The translations under genes and the position numbers were made by a program. A stretch of 64,000 bases of DNA from the human T2T-CHM13v2.0 reference genome, Homo sapiens. The notes beneath the pieces are model-generated. The model had not been told where the DNA came from. It searched no databases and saw only the letters and a list, made by a program, of their open reading frames with translations. The stretch lies in assembly GCF_009914755.1 (NCBI RefSeq), contig NC_060932.1, one strand, 5' to 3'. Shown in pieces: positions 27,583-42,091 of the stretch (its first letter is position 1; the number at the start of each line of letters is the position of its first letter).

Positions 27583-30130
27583 TGATAAAGACTCTCCTTG
27601 ACCAAGGAGATCAAGTCAGGCTGCTCTGAGCCCTCTTCTCAAGTAGGCCTCAGACTAGGCCTTTGAGAACTTCCACTCTCACCACAAACAATTTTGTCCA
27701 CTCCCCACACTAGGAGGCTTGAGCAAACACCAGTATAGCTCCTAACAGCTCAAGGGCACACCCTTAGGATAAGGACCCCAGCCCCACTTAAGTCCTTGTC
27801 TGAGAAAGCTCAATGCTGACAAAATAATTTACTCTTCATTCCAGCGAAAACCTGAGTTTAGGCCCCGACCTCCATTTTCTTAGAGCATTTACTTTACAGA
27901 ACTAGCAACTATAAATCTTTTCCCTGCCCCTTTGAGATATAAATCTTCTACCACTCAGAAATGGCTCCTCACAGACCTAGGAGCCGTCTCTTTTACAGGC
28001 CAACTTTGAGGGACAGAGCTCTCCTGCCTCAGTTCCTGAGGGTGGGTAGGCTCAGGAACTGAGACAGCAGAGCTAGCTCCCTCAACGTTGCTCCAGTTTA
28101 CAAAAGAGCTATCTCCCACCTTGCTCTCATTTGCAAAACTGCCTCCTGTCCTTAACATATGATAAATTTGTTTTGCCTTCAGATGACCAGCAATTAACAA
28201 ACACAGATGGCTAATCACGTAGCCCAGTCCCCCTTACATCCTTCGGTACATTTCCTTTAGCATACCCCAGCCAACAAACTATGCTAAGGGGAAACTAAGA
28301 AAACAATCGGGTTTACATCTGTAACAGAAAATAAAATACTTAGGAATTATCCAGAGATGTAAAAGACCTATTTAATAAAAATTATGAGACACTGATGAAG
28401 GAAACTAAAAAAGAATCAAATAAATGGAGAAACATTCTTCAAGAATTGAAATAATTAATATTATTAAGATGTCCATAATACACAAAGTGATCTACAGATT
28501 CAATGCAATCCCTGTGCAAATCCTTATGGCATATTTTTTTTACAGAGATAGAAAAAAACATCCTAAAATTCATATGGAACCACAAAAGATCCTGGATAGC
28601 CAAAGCAATCTTGAGAAGAACAAAGCTGGAGGCATCACACTTCCTGGCTACAAAGTATATTACAAAGCTATAATAAACAAGTATGGTGTTGGCATAAAAA
28701 CAGACACAAACCAGTGGAACAGAATAGAAAGTGGAGAAATAAATGCACAAACTAATGGTCAGCTGATCTTATACCAGAGTACTAAGAACACGCAATGGGG
28801 AAAGGAAACAAATGGTGTTTGGAAAACTGGATATACACATTGAAAAAATAAAGAACTTAGGGCCATATCTCACACCATACACAAAAATCAACCCAAAATG
28901 AGTTAAAGACTTAGACATAAAACTTGACACTATCCTAGAAGAAAATATATGAAAAACCTTCTTGACATTGATCTTGGCAATAATTTTTTTGGAGATGACC
29001 CAAAAACAAAGGCAACAAAAGCAGAAATAATCAAGTGGACTATGTCAAATGAAAAAGTTTCTGCATACCAAAGTAAACAACAGAGTAAAAAGACAACCTA
29101 CAAAGTGTGAGAAAAAATATATTCTTAAACATTTTGGTTTGTATCCAAAATATATAAGGAATTCATATAACTCAATACTAAAAATACAAATAATCTAGTT
29201 TAAAAATTGGCTAAGGAGCTAAATAGACAGTTCTCAAAAGAAGACATTCATATGGCCAACAAAGCATATAAAACAGTGTGCAACATTCATAATCATCAGG
29301 GAAATGCAAATCAAAACCACAATGAAATATCACCTCAAATCTGTTATGGTGGTTAGTATCAAATATACAAAAAAGTGTTGGTGATGATGTGTAGAAAAGT
29401 GAACTCTTTTATACTTCTGGTGGGAATTTAAATTGGTACAGCCATTATGGAAAACAGTATAGGGATTCCTCAAAATATTAAAAATAGAACTGCTATATGA
29501 CCCGGCAATCCCACTCCTCTCTATAGATATAGATATAGATAGATATAGATATCCAAAGGCTTTAAAAATAGGCTTCAAAGAGGTATCTGCACTCCTGTGT
29601 TCACTGCAGCATTATTCACAATAGTCAACATATGGAAACAACCTAAATATTTTTTGACAGATGAATGATTAAAGAAAATGTGGTGTATATATGCACAATG
29701 AAATATTCAGCTACATCCACAAAAAGAAAATCCTGCCATTTGTGACAGCATGGATGGAGCTAGAAGTCATTACGCTGAGTAAATCAAGCCAGACACAGAA
29801 AAATTCTGCACAATCTCACTTATATGTAAAATCTAAAATTCTCAAACCTGTAGAAGCAGAGAAGAGGGACTTAAGGGAGGAAAGAATGGTGTGATGTTGG
29901 TCAAAGGATACAAAGTCTCAATTGTGCAACATAAGTTCTAGAGATCTAATGTACAGCATGGGGACAGTAATTTACAATATTGTATTGTATACCTGAAAAA
30001 AGGCCTCTCACCTTTTGTTATCGCAGAGTTGAGCTGAAGTTGCCCAGAGGTCTCTCCTCTACTGCAATAGTACTGAATAAAATCTGCCTTGCCATTTTAA
30101 CAAGTGTCTAGTGCAAAATTTTTCTTTTAT
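27583..30130 (+). mobile_element. ERV1-class LTR (MER31-like) split by an L1 insertion
   Basis: Start tgataaagactctccttgacca...agtcaggctgctctgagccctcttctc; LTR 3' part with AATAAA resumes at ~30001; L2-like sequence on both sides. Confidence 0.6.
28270..30000 (+). mobile_element. L1MA-like 3' fragment (ORF2 C-terminal region plus 3'UTR), ~1.7 kb
   Basis: ORF 28424-28843 translates to decayed L1 ORF2 ([24 protein letters not shown]); L1MA-type 3' end. Confidence 0.9.
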
Positions 30131-30864
30131 GATGCCTAGGGCTGAGCCGTAAAGTACACTAACATTTAGAGGGTTGCTAAAGAAAGAGGAATAAGCAAAG
30201 AAGACTGAGGGAAAGTAACCAAAAAGGTAGAATGAAAACTAGTAGAATGTGTAGTCATTACTGGTAACAGGAAAATGTTGAAGAAGGAAGGAGTGGTCAG
30301 TGTGGAATTATGCTGGAAGGTTAAGATGAGAACAGACGTGTGTCCAATGGTTCAAGCAGCATATGGAGGTCATTTGTGACTTTGACAGGAACAGTTTCTG
30401 TTGAATGATGTTATGTGCCTGATTGAAAAGATGACGGGGAATGTAAACATTTTTTGAGAAGTTGTCTTATGAGAACAAATAAATAAATGGGGGGTGATAT
30501 CTAAAGCAGAATGTAGAGTCAAGGGAGGGATTTTTATAGATGGGAGAATTTAGGCTGTGTTTTTACACAGATTAGAGTGATATAGAAGAGAGAGAGAGAT
30601 TGATATAGAACAAAGAGGAGATATTTGCAGGAATCAAACCCTAGAGAAGGCAACAGGGCATTGTACTAGATGATAGGTGGAGAATTTGACCTTTGATAAG
30701 GAAAAGGAAAACTTACCTCATTGTAACAAGAAGGAAGAGAAAGACTATGCAGGGAATTTTGTAGTTTTGATGGCAGGAAGACGAAGGTATTCCCACTGGA
30801 AAGTTTCAATTATCTCAATAGAGTATTAGATGAGATCTAATTAGATGAGTATTAGATGAGAATT

Positions 30865-31355
30865 GTACTAAACAATTCTCCATGTGTCTCTTGCATTTCT
30901 GCATGTCTTGTGAGCTGAGACATTAACTACCTTTATTCTGGACTAACTTTTCAAGGATGCGGTACAGCAAACAGACAGGGAAGGTAGGGATAATGTTTCC
31001 CTTTGGCTCCATAGGCAGACATACTTATTTTCCTGTATTATAAAGATAATGTCTCCTTCTGGGATATAAGACAGGCAGTCTTAAAGCCCATTATAAAACA
31101 TCGAGGTTCCCTAAATTCAGCATTCTCCTGTGTAATTAAAAGCACTGCATGTGTAGGTGTCCCCTGGCCCTCTCTGCACTGCTTCAGGTTTCAGGAAAGC
31201 AACATAAATGCTGGGACTCAGGTTACTGTCATTGCTGTAAGTAACAAAGTCCTTTGTCTCTGACCCAAGCATCTCAGGTCTTTGGCCAGCATCCATGAAA
31301 CACAAACTTGTAAGGTTGTAAGTAAGGTAAAATTTCAAATTCTTCAAAGTTCTTG
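30865..31355 (+). mobile_element. LTR40-like ERVL LTR
   Basis: aacaattctccatg.gtctcttgcatttctgcatgtcttgtgagc... resembles LTR40 start. Confidence 0.65.
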
Positions 31356-31902
31356 AGTCATCAATTGAGAGTGAGGGGGAGGCAAGGGGAGTTTGAGGGC
31401 AGAAGAGAAGATACCAAACAGTTGTCCTGGAGAGCAGAAGAGTCAACTGGTTAGGAAAAGGCTGAGCATCCATTTGAGGTTTCGTGGTTGTAAACTTGAA
31501 GTGAAATGGCTCAGCTCAGTTTCATTTTTTCCCTCCAGTCACATTCAGCTGCCTCTAGTGAAGATGTGGAGAAGGCAGATGGTCATCATACTGTGGGTGA
31601 CTTAACACAGTGATAGCCACGGTGAGTGGACCCTTAGTCAATTCCTCCTTGATTAAAGGGAGGGAAGAAGGAGCCAGGCAACAATCAATTTATTACTTGC
31701 AGCAAATGCCATGGGGCATGCCTCCATCCTTGCCATCTTAGTGCACGCTGGCTGATTGCCAGCTGCTGACACCTGCATTTCTTTGCCTAAAGACTTCTCT
31801 GGCCACCAGAGCCCACTTTGCCCCCAACTGTGCAGCAGGCCAGGAGGAAATAGCACCCTCGTCAGGAGCAATGACTGATGGAAGTTTGTCTCCCTCCATC
31901 CC

Positions 31903-31932
31903 TCTCTCTCACTGTCTCTGCTTGTCTCTGCT

Positions 31933-31997
<65 letters not shown>
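31903..31997. repeat. Compound microsatellite (TCTG)n(TC)n(TG)n
   Basis: Directly visible. Confidence 0.95.
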
Positions 31998-31999
<2 letters not shown>

Positions 32000-32988
32000 T
32001 CCACTTTTTTCCTTTGGATGAGATGACTTTGAAATGTGCATCCTATCCTGGCTCCCAAAGTCTTGGATGGCACTTCTAATGGGAAGTGGTCTAGGCCCCC
32101 ACAGTGGTATTTGGCTTGATAAACCACATTCATTGGCTGCCTTTCCTTTCCTTTCCTATTTCTTCACTCTCCTCACAGTGTCTTCTTCAGTTTCCAAATA
32201 AACTATGTGCCCTCAAGTCCTCGTTTAAGGGTCTACTTCTGGGACAACCCAAACTTAGGCTAGTAGTTAAGGTCATGTTGTTGAAAAGATTCCAGTGTGT
32301 TGTATTCATAAAAAAAAATATTATCACATGGTTTCCCTAGAAGATAGGGAAGGGTATCAACTGTTGGTTTGGCACCATGATCTTTTGATTACTTAAGGTG
32401 TTGCCAACCTTGGGATATTTTCATGCCATGAAAGTCAGCAAACACTGAGCTCTTTAGAAGTTCTGCTTTCCTGTCTGAGGAGAGGGAGAAAAGGAAATAT
32501 CCTCTCACTACCTGATGTATGGGGGTTGAGAACCACAGATGTGATAGGAACCACAGATGTGACAGGAACCAAAGAGTTTGTGTCCCCATAGAATATTAAG
32601 GGCAGTTCTGGTAGAACATTGCCTTTTGCCAGGTACACCATAAAAGCTCAATAACTATTGGGTGGGTGAGTGGATACATGGATGGATGAATGGCATTTAA
32701 GTTTTTTTTAATCACCATAATATTAAACTGCCTATGTCAGAATGGGCACCTGCATCCCTGGAACTTCTAACCACTGAGATAAACCCTATTTTTAAAAAAT
32801 GAAGTCTAGGACCCAGGACTGGGTGATCAGTGATTTCTCGTGGTGGTGGCTGTGACACAGGGCCACTCTCTTAGGCTGCCAAGTGTATTTTTTAGGGCAC
32901 ACACCAGAAAAGCTGCCATCTCAGTCCTCGGCATTGGTGGGTTATTGGTGGCCCACGGGTAATCTCATAAGATTGATAAAATATGCTC

Positions 32989-33020
<32 letters not shown>

Positions 33021-33162
33021 AAAAGGAGAAGTAGCTTTCAGTGATTAGGAAGTTGAGGTATTTTTTCCTCCATTGTCTCCATCTCACTTTTATAATCTAC
33101 TCATGAGACAGTATCTAAACATGTCTTAAAAGCAAAACAATCAGAGCATGTTGATTGGAGTA

Positions 33163-33168
33163 TTTATT
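33163..33168 (-). terminator. OC90: OC90 polyadenylation signal AATAAA
   Basis: tttatt on + strand ~245 nt past the stop; GT/T-rich downstream element (ttgttttgctttt) on - strand. Confidence 0.8.
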
Positions 33169-33413
33169 GAGCTTCCACAGTGCACTAAAGGAGCATGGAG
33201 GTACCATGGTGTGCCTTCTCCAAGTGTACATTGGCTTGTGAGGTGACCACAGCTGATGAGGCATGGGCAGGGCTCACGGCCTCTGTTCCCTCCCCGCCTC
33301 TGAGTTAAAGGAAGGGAAGAAGGCTCCAAGGGACAGAGGAGGCTGAGAGATAAAGAGCTGAAGGTGGAGCAGGAGCCACGCTACTGAAGGTGTTAGCCAT
33401 TTTCTCTGGGCAT

Positions 33414-33710
<297 letters not shown>

Positions 33711-34107
33711 TTAGAAGGAAAGAGCAGAGTAGAAGCCATGAGACCTCTGAGGATGGCACTGGGAGGCCCCACGGCCCTGGCCACCCCTCAGCCCTTCTCC
33801 TTCCTCCCCATCTTCCACACACCTTCAGGGTATCCACCTTATATGGCTGGTAATTTTCCAACTTTCTCCTCCTGCTGGGAATGATCCCTCTGCCAGGAAT
33901 GCTGTCAATGCTCTCAACTGGTGTCTGTCAAGACTAGGCTGGCTTCCCCTCCTCCAGAAAGTTTGCCTGAGCTGCCAGGCTAAGGGAAGTGTCTTTCCTG
34001 TGGGCTCCCATGGAATCCCACTTCGTGTTTTTTTCTATCACTGCAGGTTATGTGTTAATCACATTGTATAGTCATTGTCTGTTTATGTATCCATTTTTTA
34101 CTCCTGG

Positions 34108-34767
34108 TGTTACAGTAGGTAGATAGGCAGATATGAGCAGGGCAGGATAGGGCCCCAAAGAATATCAGGCAACTGTCAGGTGACTGTCAGGCAATTGTAA
34201 GGCAGCTGGCAACAGAGATGAGAAAATTTCCTAACAAACAAGAGATACCTTGAGCTTGTGGGCAACTTCCCAATAAAAACTTAAAATGGCGAGTTTGACT
34301 TTCCTCTGGGGACATGTCCAGGCATGCACAGTAAGGGGAAAATTGGCAGCATTTGACCCATCTATTCCCTTCTTCTGAGGGTGCTAGACCAGTAAGGGGA
34401 AATTGCCCTAACAGAGTATGCACAAAACTTCAACCAGCAAAGGGTGCCTGTGACCCTTCCTAGATACTGGCAAGTCATTGTGCATGCAGTGATTAGCTAA
34501 CAGCCTGCCCCGGGGGAGGGATGAAAGGAAAAGATTGAGGGAAAAAGACAGGAAATAGTAAATCTGTAAGAGCCCTGAGCCAACCATCAGGCAGGACACT
34601 CAAATCTTTCAAGTTGCCTGCTTGGCCCCTTCCAAGTGTACTTTACTTTGCTTCAGTAAACTCTTTTTTCTGCCTTAGATGTACTTCTGTCTCTTGGCTG
34701 AATTCTTTCTCCCAAGAAGAGAAGGATCAAGGACTGCAGAGCCTGTCTGGATTTGCTGCCAGTAGCA
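34108..34767 (+). mobile_element. MER50-like ERV1 solo LTR in last OC90 intron
   Basis: TG...CA termini; start tgttacagtaggtagataggcagatatgagcagggcagga resembles MER50. Confidence 0.75.
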
Positions 34768-34921
34768 CTGCTGGACAGAGAACCCTGCTGACAGAGCAGA
34801 GTCCAAGCACCTAACTCAAACCTTGAAAAATATTTCCCAAGTTAGTGCTAAGGAAATATGTGTTAGATTTGATGGTTACTTCTTCCTTCTCTGGGCCAGA
34901 ATTTCCCTATTCATCATTCAT

Positions 34922-35090
34922 ATTACCAGATAAAATATAGATGATCAGTTAAATTTGAATTTCAGTTAATACGTTTGAATGTACTTCCATTTAGGACATA
35001 CTTATACAAAAAAAAGTTCATTGATTATCTGAAATTCAAATTTAACTGGGCATCATGTATTTTTATTTGCTAGATCTGGCAAACCAACCC
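34922..35090. mobile_element. MER53-like palindromic MITE
   Basis: ccagataaaata...cagttaaatttgaatttcag / ctgaaattcaaatttaactg...atctggcaa. Confidence 0.85.
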
Positions 35091-37154
35091 TATTTTTTTC
35101 AATGTATGAGTTGCATGCAGTGGGAGTGGTGTGACTCAAATGAAATAATATCTTTGAAGGTTCTACACATACATAAGTTTCTACAAATATTATCCTTGTT
35201 ATCTGTGGTTTTCAATGAAGCTAAGGGATTTTTTTGGCATCTAATCCTACTTTGAAATGTTCATCAACCAGATTTTTTCCTATCATATACCACAGAGGCC
35301 TTCCAAGCCTCCTAACTTGGTCTCCACGTCAGCCCCAGACATGCCAGTTGCATTTCAGCAGCAGGAAGTGACAAGAAGAGGAGGAAAATGTACCAAGTGT
35401 GAGAGCACAGTGGAGACATGCAGAGGTCCTGTTCCCCAGAGCCACTCTGTCCTTCCTCCCTGCATTTGTCTTATGATAGCACAGGCCAGGATTTGAGATG
35501 CCCTCATTTCTCATCAACTAATACCTGGCATCTGGTACAGGAGGCTATCCTTAAATCTCACAGAGGGTCAGAACTGGTTTACTGAAGCTGTGAATCAGTT
35601 CAATCTTCAGATGCAGTGTTCCTGGATTCTGTGATATTGGAGGAAGGGAGAGCAAGGCTTCAGCCCAGCAGGTGAGACCTCCTGGCATGACTGCATCATG
35701 TGACAACTCATGGGCTCTAAACCCTCCCCTGGCTCCTCATCCCCTATAGGAAAAAATGGAAATGCTTCAGTCTTGCAAATGGGTTTCTTGGGCTCATGAT
35801 CTGGCACCTGTCTGTCTCCTCAACCTCACCTTGCACTACAACCGGGCCTCCCACTTCCACTTTCTGTTCCAGCAATACAGAACCACAGCTCAGTTGTCCC
35901 TACACTGCCCAGCATTCCCTAAACACCACCATTTTTCCCTTTTCCCTTTGCTTGGAATATCCATGCCCAGTATGGCCATCTGGGAATGTGGTAAATCTCA
36001 TCTCACACCTCTCTTGAATTTTTCCCAAATTATCCTGTTCTCACTGCCATACTGTAGACTCAAGTGCCTTTACCCACATTCCCAGGGCCCCTGTGCTAAC
36101 TGTTAGTACATACTACATGAGATTAGAATAGTTAGTCGCTTGCCTACATCACTTCCGTCCAAGCTGTGAGCAATTTGAGGCAAGGATCATGAAAGTTCAT
36201 TGTTTTCCTGGTTCCTGGTGAAGGTTTGTTGGTTAAGTGGATAATAGAATGAACGGATGAATGAGTGAATGAATGAGAGAGTGATATGTAAACACAAAGC
36301 TCCTGGGATGTGACAGACATACCTGATCGTACAAGGCAAGATAATATGGCAGTCCATGCACTGTGCTGAGGTTGTGTAGAGGAAGAAGAAGGGATGGAAG
36401 GTCCAGCCAGTGGGCTGCCCCAGACGAAAATGAAAATGAGAACAAACTCTTATAGGGCCTCTGTGAAATTCTAGGGCAAGTCTTTCCTTTTAAACTGCAA
36501 AGCATAAGGGAAATGCATCCACCGATATGAATGAGGAAATGGAGCTGGAGAATGCAGATAAAGTCAATTCTACAGCAAGTCTCCATTTGCTATCAGGGGC
36601 CTGCTCATGGGGATTGCAGTTTTCAGAGTGGTCCCTGCCTGAGGCCCTGAAGGGATACAGAGGAGCCTCTGGTTTCTACCATAGAGAGGAGTGGAGCTGC
36701 AGGCACGCCTTGCTCTTCAGCCAGGGCCAGTCCCCCATTTTAAAATAGTATTCCTCAAGTCTTCCTTGGGAAAAGGACTCTGTTTCTTAGAAAAAGAAAA
36801 AATTTACTTGGAAACTCACTGGTGTGGTGAAGAATCAGCTTTAGTTCTGAAATGATATGGTTTTACAATTCAAATCTCAGTTCTCCCACTTATTTCTAAC
36901 TGTGTGATCTTGGGCCTCAGTTGCCTTACCTGCTAAATGGGAAGAATAATAGTGCTACCTCGGGATACTGTTTTGAGGATTAATTCTGTTAACATACATT
37001 AAGAGCTGAGAATCAGTAAGCTTGGGCTATTTACGTTAGTCCCAGCCTGCTCGTCACCGGCCCTGTGACTTAGGCAGCTCACCCCCTTGACAGTGAATCT
37101 CCTCATCAGTGGAAGAGGTATGATAATACGTGCCTCAACATTAAGAAGAGTATT

Positions 37155-37431
37155 GGTCGGGCATGGTAGCTCATGCCTGTAATCATAGCACTTTGGGAGG
37201 CCGAGGTGGGCAGATCACAAGGTCAGGAGATAGAGACCATCCTGGCCAACATGGTGAAACCCCGTCTCTACTAAAAATACAAAAATTAGCTGGACATGGT
37301 GGCACATGCCTGTAATCCCAGCTACTTGGGAGGCTGAGGGAGGAGAATCGCTGGAATCAGGGGGTTAGAGGTTGCAGTGAGCGAAGATTGTACCGCTGTA
37401 CTCCAGCCTGGTGGCCGAGTGAAACACCATC
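37155..37431 (+). mobile_element. AluS-like element (antisense to OC90)
   Basis: Full Alu body; TSD aagagtatt at 37146-37154 and 37872-37880. Confidence 0.9.
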
Positions 37432-37876
37432 AAGAAAGAAAAAGAAAAAGAAAGAAAGAAAAGAAAGAAAGAAAGAAAGGAAGGAAGGAAGGAAGGAAGG
37501 AGGGAAGGAGGAAGGAAGGAAGGAAGGAAAGGAAGGAAGGAAGGAAGAAAGAAAGAAAGAAAGAGAGACAGAAAGAAAGAAAGAGAAAGAAAGAAAGAAA
37601 GAGAGACAGAAAGAAAGAAAGAAAGAAAGAGAAAGAAAGAAAGGAAGGAAGAAAGGAAGAGAGAGATAGAGAGAAAGAAAGAAAGAGAGGAAGAAAGAAG
37701 AAGGAAAGAAAGAAAAAGAAAGAAAGAAAGAAAAAGAAAGAAAGAAAGAAAAGGAAAGAAGGAAAGAGGAAGGAAGGAAGGGAAGGAAGGAAAAGAAAGA
37801 AAGAAAAGGAAAGAAGGAAAGAGGAAGGAAGGAAGGAAGGAAGGGAAGGAAGGAAAAGAAAGAAAGAAGAAAAGAG
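37432..37876 (+). repeat. ~445-bp (GAAA/GGAA)n polypurine tract
   Basis: Almost purely A/G; directly visible. Confidence 0.97.
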
Positions 37877-37945
37877 TATTAAGTCACAGTTAAGTGCTTG
37901 GGAAAGCATCCACAAGTCTGAGCTACAGTCACGATGCTGACCTCA

Positions 37946-38110
<165 letters not shown>

Positions 38111-40760
38111 TTACTTCTCAGAGCTCCTGGCTTCCCTAGGAACCCCCTCAAGCACAGCCTGCTTCTCCCACATACCCTATAGTAGTGAGGGAAGCCAGTG
38201 CCTCCTTTCCAGTGCACACAGGGCTGACTCATATACACACCAAGGGCCGTCGTGTATGGTTATTCGGGTTGTATACTGCACAAAGGCCACGTCTAAGGCG
38301 GCATCACTTATATTGTATGCATCTTATTATTTAAAAACATTATTTTTGATTTTTATTGTAACTGTTCATGGCAAAGATAGGTTATTTACATATTTATTTA
38401 AACGATTTTCTAACAGATGGAAATAGAGTCTTAAGGAAGGGGTACCCTTTTAAATTTATGCAAAGGTACCATATGGGCTAGCAGTAAGCTTACTCCCTCC
38501 AATCTTTGACACAGAGGAGTTAATCTCACATCCACAGTGCACTGTCATTTGTCCCTAGCCTTAAAAAAGAGCAGAGTAACCATCCTGAGCATAAATAAAG
38601 AACTGCATCTAGAAAAGTGTCCAGCATAGATCAGGACCTCGTAAATACATGAAAATGAGTCAATGTCTTCTTTGTATATCCACCCATCTTGGCTGATACG
38701 GCCTCACAATATCCAGTGTCCCCCCTTGCCAGGTGGACATCCTTAAGAAACTTATGATGACTTCAGCCAATAGGGAGCTACAGTTGCTACCCAAATACTC
38801 CCTTTTCAACTTTTCCCTTTCTTTTAATAACTCTCACTTTGTCTGGGAGGCCACAGCTCCAGCAGGGATAAGTCGTAGGCTCTTGTGGCTTTTTTATTGC
38901 ACCTCTTCTCAACCAATTATCTGCTTATTAACTTTTCCGCATTGCTAGCAATCAGAGGAACAATCCACCTTGTATGCTCACATAGCCACTGGCTAGAGTT
39001 CAGCGTCTACCTCCTTCAGCTATTAGCACAAAAGAGACACACAATCTTGTGTGTGTATTTGGCAGGGATGGGTGGGGATGGATACTTGATATAATACTTA
39101 AAATCTAAAGTCAGTGAGTGGATCAGAAATCATATATAAATCAAAATACTCATAAAATCACTGAAATTGTCCATCATGTACAGTATATGTGGTCTTGAAA
39201 ATAAATTCTTATAAAAAAATTATATCAGTTTGACTAACTTTTCCTTAGTGAAGAGTTTTCTCCTGTTGGCCTCAAGTTTTTCAATTTCTTTCTGCAGATA
39301 TGAAGTAGCCATATCATAACTTACCTGCCCAACTGGTCAAATTTTATATTTTTGTGAAATATGGTCAGTTATCAGGAAACACCTTCAAAATCATCCCCAC
39401 TTTTTCCCAAGGGGTTCAACAGAATACAGAAACTGCTACTGGCTGTTTCTATCTGTTGCCTTGTCTCATTGAGGGCTATGTACTCAAAAACCTTGACACT
39501 ATTTAAATTGTCCTCTGTCATGGAGAGCAGCAGGCATGCGGTTGAACCTCAGAATGTAAACATGCTTATGACTGCACAGTGTGACATCACCTTTGCTAGA
39601 GTGAAAACTTCTTTAGGGTCCGCTGGTGGGAGGTAAGTTTTGAAGGCTGACTGTGCAACAGAGCCTGGATTTCCTTCACTGAAAATCTCAGAGGTGGATA
39701 ATGAAGCCGGGATGGCTGACAGGTAGAGGCAGGGGAAAGAAAGTGGATGGGTAAAAAACACAGCCACCCACACATCAAACCTGCAGCTGACATACTCCAT
39801 ATTCCTGCCATTACTGTGTCCTTTGTGTTAGCTATGACAAGCTTTGTCTTTCTGTGTTTCTAAAATTCATCAATAGCTGCTGATTTTGCTTTGGCAACCA
39901 TACCATCCGAGAAGGACATGTGCCTTTTGAATGCAGGTCTCTCCATTGGCCGTGGACAGGGGCTGTCCCCATGTGCAGTCTTTAAACTTGATCAACGCTA
40001 CTTTGAGAAAATTCCTCAAACTCAGGTTGAGTGCTCCATGGTTTCCTCTGTTTACCCTACTGTATTTATTATATTGGGTAGTACTTTTGTTTAATTGTCC
40101 ATCTCTTTCATCAAATAAGCTTCCATTGGGCAAAAATAGTTTGTTTTATGTTGCTTTGTGAAGGTTGAATCATTGTTATATCTCTACCACCTGGCATAGT
40201 GGCTGGCACAGAGCAAAAGCTCAAGCGGTATGGGTTTGATGCATATTTAAACGAATGAATACATTAATGAGTGCATGAGGTCAACGAAAATTCTTTCAAG
40301 AGTGGTACACATGGAAATTACAGTTATATTTAAAAGGTGTTGAGAAAAGTTATACTTAAAAGGCTAATTTTAATGTGGCCTTCTGCAGGAAAAACCAAGT
40401 GGAGACCTCAATTCTACATGTTGGTTATTGCAAATTAGGTGGACTTGGGGTCATTTGAAGGGTATTTGCAGATTGGCCCTCTTGGGGTAGCTGGGCAGTA
40501 TTTGTCAAAGTACTGAAAGGGCTCTAGGCCCCCAGATCAAAAGATGTGGATCTTTCTGGCTCTGCCTTTTCCAAGGTGAACGACCTCAAACAAGTCAGTC
40601 CCTGAGCCTCAGCTGCTCACCAGGAAAGTGGGCCTATAATGCTGTAGAGCCACCTGAGTGAGCTGCTGTGTGCACCAAGCATTTAGTGAGGCCCAAGTTT
40701 CAGCCTGGTGTCCAGGAGGGCTGTCACCACCCTCTGGTGCAGACAGCATCAGCACTACTA

Positions 40761-40982
<222 letters not shown>

Positions 40983-41821
40983 TCAGGAGAGCAAGGACTG
41001 TCGGGGCAGCTGTCTCAACAGGAAGGCCATGTGAGCCTCCGGGTTGTATGTGGACAACTCTAGTCATGCAAAGGAACCCCATGTCTTACTCGTTGGCTCA
41101 CCATTCTTCTGGGAAAGCTGTTATGGCTCATCCCCTGCTTGGGATGCATTGTCTTTCGGAGAGCAAGTCTTTTCTCCCTAGGCTTCTAATGCTCTATAAG
41201 ACTCCTTATTAAATCCCCTTAAGGGATGGAGACTTGTCAGGACCCAAGATGCTGTTTGGGGCCACATCTTATTACTGAGTAGACCTGGCATCCTGGGAGC
41301 ATCCCAGCTGAACTCTCATGGTTTCTGGTCGCATCAGGTTAGCACACCTGGCTGGGCTTGCCTTTCTCTCCTCTGCCTCTCCGTCTCCCCACTCCCCTCT
41401 CTTTCTCTGTCTCTATTTCTCTTCCTTCTATCCTTCCTCCTCTGTCCACAAATCTCAAATGCAGCTTTCTCCATAGCTCTGCTTTGGACATCATGGAAGG
41501 CACACCCAGATACTAACAAAGCCCCTCCTCTGTATGCCCAACAGGCCGTGGCCTCCTTGCAGGTGCAGGGGCTTTTTTAAGGCATCAGAGGGAGGAGAGA
41601 CAAAGGGGGAAGATGTTCAAAACCCAAGTGCTTCATGCTTTCCAATAAAGCACGGTGTGGACGAAGCCAAGCTCTTTCCCTCTGGGCCAGTAAAAGTGGT
41701 GGCAGCACAAGGTCAGGGGCTCAGAAGACAGTGGCTCCTCCCCCCAGGCTCAGCCTCCCAGTGGCTGAGTGGCTACAGGCAGCTTACATCTCCTCTGAGC
41801 CTCAAGGTGCTCATGCAGTCA

Positions 41822-42091
<270 letters not shown>

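Noticed and set aside
28424-28843. 139-aa ORF with reverse-transcriptase-protein-like words
   Set aside because: Frameshifted remnant of old L1 ORF2, not a functional or novel RT system
37377-37940. 187-aa K/E/R-rich ORF and its 161-aa F/L/S-rich antisense ORF
   Set aside because: Artefacts of the stop-free GAAA/GGAA tract plus Alu end; no gene signals
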